Assembly (NCBI GenBank): GCA_965287045.1
Contig: OZ336882.1
Span: 19,592,001 to 19,656,000 of the forward strand
Source: Carcharhinus amblyrhynchos
Taxonomy: Eukaryota
Reading direction: 5' to 3'
Length of the DNA: 64,000 nucleotides
Positions 47,379 through 58,138 of this stretch are shown here, in pieces. Under the pieces are notes generated by a model, which was given only the letters and a program-made list of their open reading frames with translations, did not search any database and had not been told where the DNA came from. The translations under genes were made by a program, and so were the position numbers. Numbering within the stretch: position 1 is the stretch's first letter; each line of letters begins with the position of its first letter.

Positions 47379-50300
47379 CTATAAATAGGAGAGCTATGCA
47401 CCAGCATTATTCGGACATCAAGTGATAACAAATGGGGAGATTCTGATAATTTCAGATCTTGTAAATCCGTAATAAAAATAGAAAGTGCCAGGAATCTGGC
47501 AACATCTATGGAGAGAGAAACAGAGTCCAGGACTTGGGTCCAAGCTCCATTGAGGGCAAAGCATTTTCCTCTCCAGAGGGATTGCTATCCAAAGGGATAG
47601 TGCACAATCCTGGACTCTTTAATTAAGCAGCCAGGAATTTCCCATGTTCTTCGCAGTGAGCTGGCAAGATGTTGATATCATATCCAGAGGTCATAAATAG
47701 ACTGCTCTTTCAGGTCTGATGTGGTTTCACTGCAATTGCAAATCATTAAAACTGTGACCCCCTCAACCCCACCCCTCCACCACCACCACTCCCCTCCCCC
47801 CTCCCCCCTCCCCCCTCCCCCCTCCCAACCACAATCTCCCACCTTCATGGGAACACCCTATGCTGGGTCTGTGTCCTCCAAAATTATGCATGTGCGGCGA
47901 GGCAAAGGTGTTTGCAAGCCTTTCAAAGTCATATGCAAGAAGCCTCCTGCACACCCTATATCTTTGCCCTCCTCTGTGACAGTAGATCTCCCCTTTCCCC
48001 ATTCTGCCAACACTTAGTTAATGACTCAGGAAACCCGACGGGAAAGGAACATAATTTATTACAGAAAGCAAGATAAAACCACTACAATGGTGTACTCACA
48101 CAAGTCTCTGCCTGGGACTATGGTTCACACTCAGTGAGCCCTAGAGGGCAATCAATTAGTGATTTCCCATGGTCCACATGGCTGTTATCCGACCACCACC
48201 CCCCACCCCTGGGATCTGAGGGCTCCTCAAGGAGCTTAACAGCTGTTAATAAGTTCCAGTTGCACAGGCTGCTGCCTATTACCAGGAGAACTCAAATACA
48301 ATGAGTGTAAAATTTTCACAGAATTATCACATCCAGAGTCCTCTTTTATTTCCAAATCCCCTGTAACAAGATTCAGTGCCCCTTTACTCATCATTGTCAA
48401 AATCTCACCCACCAACTCCCACCCTTTAGCCCTCACCATACCTTCCTATCAACAGTTCCCTCAGTACTCAAACCCTAGGAGTTATCTACTGACAGCACAG
48501 ATCCATTTCTGAACTCCTTCTCCTGACCCTTTCCCTGCGCACAGCACACTTAACAAATCCCCCTTATTGGCCATTCTCCAATACAACCCATCTCACCCTC
48601 CCCCTCCATAAATCACTTCATCCATTCCACGACCCCCATAGGCAGTCCACTCTTTTGCTTCACGCTCCCAACCTCCCCTTCACCCCTCAAAGCCTTTTCT
48701 CCAGTCCCTCTTCTCCATTGCTGTCCTCCCCATCTAATGCCTCGACCCAGTACAGACCATCACTGCCCTCATGCAGCCTTAGCTCGAGAATCCATGTCAT
48801 AGATGCTCCACCCATCTACTGCCGCACCAGATCCATCAGAGTCCAAGGTCGCTGGAGGCCTCCATCTCTTCCAGGCCTTTGTTTAGGTAAGTCCTGACGT
48901 ACTCACTCCGTGATGGTCTGGATGTTTTCTTGACCAACGTGAAATTGTGCTGGTGGGGGGAGTGGAGCAATGATTGGATGGTTGGGGAGGGGGGGGGGGG
49001 GGTTAAATTCCAGTCGGGACTTTATTTGCTTGCTGCCAAAGGGAGGTGAAAGAGTTTCCTGATGGCCTCTGGCAAAAGGACACTTGTGATTATTGTCCCC
49101 CTCCTGCCCTGACGCCTGCTAATGGCAGAAAGAAATCTCACAACGCCAAAGATTTCTTTCTGTTTTATCCCACTCCAGCGCTGGCATCTCCACCTCATGA
49201 CTGCCAAAGGCAGCAGCGGAGCAGGTAAAGGGACGGGTTGGGAGCGGATATTGATTCTTCGATAGGTATATTTTAAATGGCTCCGGCTGTCTGTGTCTCT
49301 GGGATGTCTGAATGATAATCTTCACCATGGAAAAGTTCTTACTTGGTGAGCATGTGACTAGCTGCAAGCAATTTGAAGCAGTTATCATATTTAGCAGGAA
49401 ATGTCCAGAAGGGATTTCTTTGTTCTTTCAATGCCCTTGTTCATTAAATCAATTAAGTCAAAAATTATTTGGTGACTAAGGCAGTTGATTTGAAATTTTA
49501 AGCTGTTCAGGTTGAGAGCCAGTGAGGCAGATAATTTTCCTATTTCTGATTGCTGAAATATTTAGGGAAATGTATGGAGAAAGTGGCAATATCCAACCAT
49601 TAAACATCTCGACGCACAAGATCTGTTAACTCTGTCTGTCAGTCTACTTCAAAGGAATGGCAATAACATAAAAGACATCTCAAGGCATAAATCAGAGCTC
49701 TAGCTGCTGTGCTTTGGTTGTGGATGAGATCTGAACTGCACGAATAAACTGGAGTTCAAATCCTCTACATGCATCTTTAAAGGCTCAGTAAGAAACTTAC
49801 TTGACTCTTTTCGCTTAAAAGTAGGATCCCATATCGCTATGCTGTTTAAAAGAAGGATGGACTGGTTTATTTTTTAAGTACTGCACTGTTTTAACGTCTT
49901 GCTGTTAAGTGCGACTTCAGTTCGGACAACTCTTGCTTAGAAAAGTGCCTTTTCGTTGTATGCACAAGACAGTAATGTTGGCTAAAACCCAAAGCAAGAT
50001 ATAAATTAACCCTCTTAGCTCCCACTGTTGGTGCCCAGCAGGGACTGAAAGCCAAGTAGGTTTTATTTATTTGGCCATGTTAGTGTGTAAGCACAGGTGA
50101 TCTGAGTTTTTACGATGAAGATCAGTGTCTAATTACCTGTTGCTGTTCACTTCTGACAAAATTGCTCTGGGTCTGGAAAGCAGCAGTATGGGAAAATCTC
50201 ATTACAACCTTTGGTGTTTGAGAGCCATCTTAAATAAAATATGAGGATATATCAAGTTCTAAAAGGTAAGTTGCAAGGTAGTTAGGAATAGTGAGTCAGT

Positions 50301-50680
50301 GAGATTTCCTGTAGCTTGCCTAATTGCCTTCGGGGGTTGCAGAGAAATTTCCCCAGGGTCGGGTCCTAAATTGGCCAATCCTTATTTTGCTTCTCCCTGG
50401 AGATCGTAGAACTAAGGTGTTGGTGGGAGTCAAATTGATGGTGAGCAGAGCTGCACTGTGTCTGGATGGGGAAGGGGTTAGTGAGCTGAACTAATTTGAG
50501 TCTGTTTAATAAATTGCTACCATGTGAGTAATTTTTGAAAGACTTTTGTCCGTGACAGGTTAATTTTCATTTTATTTCCTACTTTTTAATAATAAAGTAG
50601 ATACTCTCATTCCCCCGAGCTTTCATCCCCTCCTGACAGAGCCTAGTTTTTTGAAGAAAGCTTCGGCAGGTTTCTGGCTC

Positions 50681-52518
50681 TTGGGGATTCTGCAACCAGC
50701 CACTGGGAAGTAGAAGATCAAGTGTTAGGCTGAGTAATTCATTGCTATTTGGACCCCCTTCTTACCCATGAGGATACCGTGGCCAACACTGTGTGTTTTA
50801 GTCCTGTAACAAGGTTCAGATTGGGAACTCACCATGTGAGAGTGATGACTACATCTCGATGCTGTGTGGCAGCCTTCATTAAGAGCAAAATTTAAAATCT
50901 ACCCTTGGTACAGCATCATTAATTAGCATCAAGGAGTGTATTATCAATTGCATTTAACAATCTGATCTCTGTAAAACAATTTAGTTTCCATTTCTTAAAA
51001 ATGTTAAATGTTCAAACTATTCTGCTTTCCACTGGGGAAATCATCTCCAGTTCGGAGTTTGGTGGTTTAATTGGCAAACATCTTTCGATCCCAAGCCCCT
51101 GACCTTATCTAACATGCTTAAATTTTAATCTTTCCTTCATGTTGTGCATTCTTTATCTTCCTCTGTTTATTGCAATTTTTTTTCAAAAGCGATTTGCACA
51201 TTGAATTTCTCTGTGATTGCAGGGACATATTAAATTGAATTTTACCAGCTCTTTGGGATGGTTTAGGAGACAGAGTGGCATGTCCAACATCTTCCTTCTG
51301 CCATCTTGCCAGCCAACCTACCCAGAGCTAATTGATTCATGCTAATGGCTGTTAAAGGACACTTTCCACCTTCTCTATCTTTTTATCACTGGTGGGGGCG
51401 TGGGGGAAAGGTTGGGAGGGGTGGGGGGGAGTTGGTGGTGGTTCTGCTGTTGTTTGAGGAGACAGCGAGGTAAATGTGGTCAGTGGGCCTCCTTGTCAGG
51501 CAGTAATTGGTTCACAGAGTCCCCACAACCACCCCAGAGGCAGAGGCTGCGTCTGCAGCAACATCACTGTCAGCCCTCAGGGACCCACTCCTGCCCCTCA
51601 GTGGGGCCTGCCCAATTTGCCCAGCTCACCAACCCCTCCCCCAGCCACCCCATTCCCCCTTAGCTGACTTTGAGAGCAAATGGCCAGTGATGCACCCTCA
51701 GTCTTCAGATGCAGCCCCAGGATAGAGGTTTATAAGATGTTGAGTACCTGATAGAGGTTTATAAGATGTTGAGAGGTATAGATCAGGTGGATTCTCGGAG
51801 GCTATTTCCCAAGGCTGAAATGGTCGCTACGAGAAGACACAGATTTAAGGTGCTGGGGAGTAGGTACAGAGGAGATGTCAGGGGTAAGTTTTTCACTCAG
51901 AGGGTGGTGGGTGAGTGGAATCAGTTGCCGTCGGTGGTGGTGGAGGCGAACTAGTTGGGGTCTTTTAAGAGACTTCTGGATGAGTACATGGGATTTAATG
52001 GGATTGAGGGTTATAGGTAGGCCTAGTAGGTAGGGATATGATCAGCGCAACTTGTGGGCTGAAGGGCCTGTTTGTGCTGTGGTTTTCTATGTTCTATGTT
52101 CTAGAATTGACCATTATTGTTCCTTCATGGGGATGGCAGTCTTGCCAGTAACCGTTTAATTGGCTAATTAACTGGCGAAATGCAGCCCCGTGTCCATCTC
52201 TCTCTCTCATGCACATTCCACTAGCTGCCATTGCTGGAATGACCTGCACCCTCTTGACGTCACAAAACACAGCTGGCTGGTATGACTCCTCTTGCTGAAA
52301 TTTGCCGCTAATCCAGTCCACGAATTTGCAAGTCACTCAGCAAAAATCAGGTATTCAACTGGAAGTGGAATCCAGATGTTGTGTTACTTAAAGGGCCAGT
52401 CACCCAAATTATAGGTTGGGGATTCTGCGACCAGCCACTGGGAGCCACTAGAAGATCAAGTGCTAGGCTGAATAATTCATTGCTGTTTGGACCCCCTTCT
52501 TACCCATGAGGATACCGT
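50681..52518 (+). repeat. ~100-bp direct duplication (50681-50780 vs 52416-52518)
   Basis: TTGGGGATTCTGC.ACCAGCCACTGGGA..TAGAAGATCAAGTG.TAGGCTGA.TAATTCATTGCT.TTTGGACCCCCTTCTTACCCATGAGGATACCGT occurs twice. Confidence 0.93.
51721..52102 (+). mobile_element. CR1 3' fragment with a duplicated 24-bp 5' junction
   Basis: MLRGIDQVDSRRLFP..DVRGKFFTQRVVGEWN and a (TTCTATG)n tail. GATAGAGGTTTATAAGATGTTGAG occurs at 51721 and 51750. Confidence 0.88.
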
Positions 52519-55199
52519 ATCTGAGAACATTTGTGTTTGCAAAGTGTCTGTAAGTACTGTGTGCAGTGGCAAGTTCCTAATGTCTTATATGGAAAGCGGC
52601 CTGCCTACATAAAGAGCCTGATTATATGCTGAGGGTGAACTCCCCACATTCCACCGTAAATATCAACAACGGGGGCCCACTTTCACTTTGTCAGGTCTTT
52701 CTGCTTCAGTATTTTGGGTAACGGGCCTTTTAATTAGTATGAAGTGCCACTTCCATCTGCCCCCAAGAGGAAGTCCCACCTCACAAACTGCCAGCTATTC
52801 AGAGGCCAACAGCCTTCCATACCAGCATCACCTGCAGAAGCTGTGATAGTCAACGGTGGATCCGGACATTCAGCTACATCCAGGATCTCAGTGGGGCCAC
52901 ACTGATAGGCTCAGAGGAAACATGTTGGAAAGGGGATGACAGGAGGCCAGATGTTGCAAAACAGTGGACAAGGGCACCCCATGGGCACTGGGGAGCTGGC
53001 AGGTAGAAACCCCCACCCCCTTCAACTGGCCATCAACCTACAAGGTTAAGCCTATTAGGCTGCACATTGAACCCCAGCCTCTCCTGCCGCCTGTAAAATC
53101 AGAGCGCTGGCGGGATGAACCTCTTAGGCATTCATTGGCCTATGAGTGGGTGACCCTCCTGACACCTCCATCACTGCTCACAAAATCACAGTGGGAGAAG
53201 ACTAGCCGCTGATGGCACGGTGCCCTAACTTCTGCATCCACCCACCTTCTTTCCAGTAAAATTGAGCCCAAAAACTGGTATTGGCATAGAGACTACAATG
53301 GCAGGGCCTCTGGATTTGTGGGAAAGCAGGTAAGATGTGTCAGAGGCTGCAGAAAGGGAAAATTGTGTGTGATGCCCTCTGCCAACGTAGAGCCACACTC
53401 CTGCATGCAACGAGAGAATTGCAGGAGATTGTCTGGCATCTGGAAGTGAAATGTCATGTCGACCTGAAAAGTCCATTCCCTTTTTCTCGACAGATACTGC
53501 CTGACCTGTTAATCATCTTTCGTTTTTATTTATGGGATGTTTGGGTGTTTGTCATTGGAGCTGTAATCATTGTTGTAATTGTTGTTATTTAAGCTCTAAT
53601 GTGTCTTTATCCCTGTCTCAAGCCCTGTATAACTAGTACAGTCTAGGGTTTTCTGCATTGGCCATCAGTTGACGTGGCTGTTAGCAGGAAATGGATGTGA
53701 GTTTCATTCTGCTAAAACTCAGTCCACTTTCCTCATTGGGGCTGTTGTTTCTGTGTGGTGGGATCCATCTCTTTCAGATGAGAGTTACATTTAGATATGT
53801 ATTTGGGACGTGTTCCTCTTCCCATTCTTTGAGCATGCAAAGGACCAAGCCAAAAGGAGACCCATTCAAAATTCTTAACATCTGTTCTAAACATCTCTGT
53901 GTGTCTCCATTGTGAATGTCTTACTGTTTCTTCCAACTGAAATTCAATTATGTAGGATTGAAGGAATGTACCTGCTGATACCATTTTCCACCAACTTTGA
54001 GACCAGTGTTTGAGAAATACCAATAGGTTGGTTGTCAATCGGGTCCTTGCATTTTGAAGCCTTCCTTTGCTTATAACTCACTCAGCATGAGTTAATTGGC
54101 TGTGATAACATATCTGTTCTGGGGTGCGTTTAAAAGTTCTTTATTTTCATTTTGATTTCTGTTTTCCCTTCACATCTGCTCTCTACATATAACAGACCTG
54201 TCGATGTCCTTTTTGATTGTAATTTTTTTTTAAATGTGGTAAATTGCTTTTCGTAACTTTTCAAATGACCACTGGCTGTTTTTTTAAACTCTCTCTTTGT
54301 ATCCACCTGTGAATTTGAATTCTTGCTCCCACTCATCCCTGCAGGACAGGTGTTTGGCAGCCAGCCAGACAGTGCGGCAATGGTGGAAAAACAGGATAAT
54401 GGAGCAAACCACTTTAAACCACTTCAAGAGCCCAGGTTATTTATTTATTTTTAGGTTTCTTAAAAAGAAATGCTGGAAGAAGCTATGAGCTGTTTTAGAG
54501 GGTGGGTGGAGAGATGCATTAAAGCAAAACAGAAGTTGCAATACCTTTTTGTACTGACAAAATTCAACAGCACTTACACTTGAATTTCAATATAAAATGA
54601 AAAGGTTTGCTTTAATCCTCACATTAATGCTGGAAGTGTAAATTCAGTGTTAAATTCAGAGCTGGTGTTGAAATATAGCAGACTGATACTCCTTGTTATA
54701 TATTTAAGTAGTTGCATGATTGCTTTAAGAGCTGGCTGCATTATTAATAGTGATATCATTAGGGTGTTGCACAGGCTGCCGTTTTAATTTCAGTTTGTAC
54801 TCTGCACAGAGAACATCTCTTTAATAAACCTGTTGTTGTTCGCTGGAATCTATGTGTGCAAACCACATCTTTTTTTTGTTTAAAACCCACAAGCCCTAAC
54901 ATGGTTTTGATATTACACCCCTCCACTGAGGGGGATCCCATTCTGCTTCACACCGGCATTGGGTTCAAAGCTTGACTTCAGATTCAGGTCACATTTACTG
55001 TATAATTGCAAGCATTGATGTGAAGAGAAGACACTTTGCACCAACCTTACATCTGTAGTACAAATTTAGTTGAATATAGGAAGACCGACCTCAACTCACG
55101 AGCAGCATCTCAGAAGAGCACCATGTAGTACAAATTAATGTGTTTTGTTCCTGTTAGACAAGCAAACCAAAGGAATTTATTAAAACTGTCAGCCACAGT

Positions 55200-55540
55200 T
55201 TTTTTTAATTTGTTTGCGGGACAGGGGCGCTACTAGCCTCTATCTCTAGTTGCTCTTGAACCGAGTGGCTTCCTAGGCCATTTCAGAGGACAGTTGAGAG
55301 CCAACCACATTGCTGTGCCTCCGAATTCACATATAGATCAGACTGGGTTAGGACAGCAGATTTCCTTCCCTCAAGGGGTTTTTCGGACAATTGAGAATCG
55401 TTTCATGGTCTTCAGTTAATTGCTAATCTCAGATTTTTTTATTGAACTCCAATTCCACCAGCTGCCATTGTGGAATTTGAACCCAAGTCCCAAGAACATT
55501 AGCTGAGTTTCTAGTCTAGCCACTAGGCCATCACCTCCCC
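55200..55540 (-). mobile_element. SINE-2 copy
   Basis: Reverse-strand match to 9528-9885. Confidence 0.8.
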
Positions 55541-55564
55541 TTTTAGTTTAGTCTATTGGAGCCA

Positions 55565-56345
55565 GTCATAGACATAGAATCCCAGAGTTGTTACAGCACT
55601 GAAAGAGACCTTTTAGCCAGTCGGGTCCTGACTAGATCTCTATTGAGCAATCCAGGAAGTCCCAATCTCCACGGTACCCATGTAATCCTGCAAGTTGAGT
55701 TTTCTCAAGTGCCTATCCAATATCCTTTCATCATCACCCGATCTACCACGGCTGCACACAGTGTGTTTCTGGTCATTACCACTCACTCTTAGAAATGTTT
55801 ATCCTCATGGCCCCTTGCCCCCCTTAAAACTTGTCCAATACATTAAATCTCTGTGCCTAGTCCTTGTTCCTTCACCTGATGGGAAGAGCTTTTCTTTGTC
55901 TGCTTTTGCTAAACTGTCAAAATGTTGTACACCTCTAGTAAACCTTCCGTCAATATCTCTCATCCAAAGATATGCAGGTTGGGTGGACTGGCCATGCTAA
56001 ATTTTCCTTTAGTGTAGGGGGATTAGCAGGGTAAATATGTGGGGTTATGGGGTCGAGCTTGGGTGGGATTGTTGTTGGTGCAGGCTTGATGGGTTGAATG
56101 GCTTCTTTCTGCACTGTAGGGTTTCTATAATTCTATGAGCTTTCCCCTTTCAAAGATATAAATGCATGAATCTCTGATCCTTTTGTCCTGAACACTTTTT
56201 AGACAAGTACCATTTAGTTCTCATTGCCTCTCCCAATTCCTTCTGCCAAATTACATTGCCTAACACTTGCTTATATTTAAATTTCACCTGCCACTTGCCT
56301 GTCCAATCTGTGACTCTTTGTCCCATTGCAGTTGATAGATATCAA
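55565..56345 (-). mobile_element. Old CR1 remnant interrupted by an HE1 3' fragment (55962-56138, + strand)
   Basis: CR1-type tail at 55565-55620; HE1 core/tail A at 55962-56138. Confidence 0.55.
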
Positions 56346-56364
56346 CCACAGGTGCAGGGGAATT

Positions 56365-56700
56365 ATTGATATTGTAGTAATGTCACTGGAGAAGTAACCC
56401 AGAGCCCCAGCCCACTCCCTTGCGGGCATGAGTTCAAATCCCGCCATGGTAGTTGGTGGAATTTGACTTAAATTAATAAAAAAAATCTGCATCACAAAGC
56501 TTGTCTCAGTAATGGTGACCGTGACAACCATTATTAGTTGGTGAACTATCTTGTTCACTCATGCCCTTTGTTTAGGGAAGGAAATCTGCCATCCTTACTT
56601 GATTACATGTGACTCCAGCCCTGTAGAAATGTGGTTGACGATTAACTGCCCTCTGGAAATGATCTAACCAAGCCACTCCTTATTCAAGGAAGGGATAAAA
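56365..56700 (+). mobile_element. SINE-2 related copy
   Basis: GTAATGTCACTGGA..GAGTTCAAATCCCGCCATGG..GGGAAGGAAATCTGCCATCCTTAC..TGTGACTCCAG. Confidence 0.8.
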
Positions 56701-57027
56701 TAGCATCCTTAATGTCAGCCGCATCTCCAAATTTAGGATCGTTGGCAAATTTTGAAGTTTTATTCTTTGACTCACAATATCCATGTCATTTTTAGAATTC
56801 AAAGAAAACAATTGTCCCAGCAGTGACCCTTCAGAAGCACCATCATCTTCCCTCCTCCAGTCTGTAAAATGACTTGTTGTTTTCTGTCATTTCTTTTATT
56901 CAAGCTGATACTGATTCTCCCATCCCATGAGCCTCAGACTTGTTAACCAGCCTTTTATGTGGTGCATTATCAAAAGCTTTCTTCAAATTGACCAGGGCAA
57001 CATTTATTGCTTTTCCTTCTTCAACCC

Positions 57028-57250
57028 TCTCCGTTAGTTCAGTTGGCTGGGCGGTTTGTGATGCCAAGTGATGCCAACAGCTTTGATTCAATTCCTGTAC
57101 TGGGTGAGGTTATTTATGAAGACCCGCTTTCTCAACCTCGCCTGAGGTGTGATGATCCTCAGGATAAATCACCACCAGTCACCTCTCCTCCTCAAAGCGG
57201 AGAACAGCCAATTGTTATCTGGGACTGTGGTAACTTTGTCTTGACCTTTA
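57028..57250 (+). mobile_element. Third tRNA-like SINE, inserted next to a CR1 RT fragment (56900-57027, - strand)
   Basis: A-box-like TAGTTCAGTTGG and B-box-like GATTCAATTCC. The adjacent reverse-strand NLKKAFDNAPHKRLVNK is a CR1 RT motif. Confidence 0.55.
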
Positions 57251-57721
57251 CTTCATCAAAAGCTTCTGAATGAACTGATTACTGTTCCAGTCATTACTGA
57301 AGGCCTTAATGCTACTATGCTTCAGAGAGTTTACACTGTCAATCACAACACTTGTGTAACTGCTTGATTAATACCTGAGAAATGTTTAGTGGATTAGTGC
57401 AGGTCCATTGCATTACCTCTGACTCTGGTGCATTTTTACTTAACATGTCCATTTTACAATAACCTACGATTGCACAGTACGCTTAACATGAGAAAATGTC
57501 ACACGTAACTCCACAAGATCCAAAGTGGACAAAAATTGTCATCAAATCATTGAAGGAGATATTAGGACAAGAGACTGAAAGCTTGGGTAGAGAAGGAAGT
57601 TTTAGGGTTAAGCGGGGTAGTGATGCAGCAGGCTTCAGGGGATGCATTAGTGATTCAGGATCTTCGATGGCTGAAGGCATGCAGTCCTGATAGGGCAAAG
57701 GGAAGGGGAATAAACGAGACA

Positions 57722-58138
57722 TGGGGCGGCATGGTAGCACAGTGGTTGGTTAGCACTGCTACCTCACAGTGCCAGGGACCCAGGTTCAATTCCAGCCTCG
57801 AGTCATTGTCGATGCAGAGTTTGCACTTTCTCCCTGTGTCTGCGTGGATTTCCTCCGGGTTCTCTGGATTCCTCCCACAGTCCAAAGATGTGCAGGTTAG
57901 GTTGATTGGCCATACTAAATTGACCCTGGTGTCAAGGGGTATTTGGTAGTAAACCTGTCGGACTTTAACTTGGTGTTGTGAGACTTCTTACTGTGTTTAC
58001 CCCAGTCCAACGCCGGCATCTCCACATCAAGGGGATTAGCAGGGTACATGAGGGTTATGGGAATAGGGTGGGATTGTGGTCGATAGAAATTCGATGGACT
58101 GAATGGCCTCCTTCACTGCAGTAAGGATTCTATGATTC
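57722..58138 (+). mobile_element. HE1-like SINE, tail A, with an 87-bp insert (57940-58026)
   Basis: HE1 structure interrupted; insert flanked by the direct repeat TCAAGGGG. Confidence 0.85.

Noticed and set aside
48016-48241. Solo LTR (AGTTAA...TTAACA)
   Set aside because: The 5' end is not TG, there is no TSD and no second copy. Possible but unsupported.
50681-52518. LTR pair of a small retroelement (TRIM)
   Set aside because: No TG..CA termini, primer-binding site, polypurine tract or TSD.
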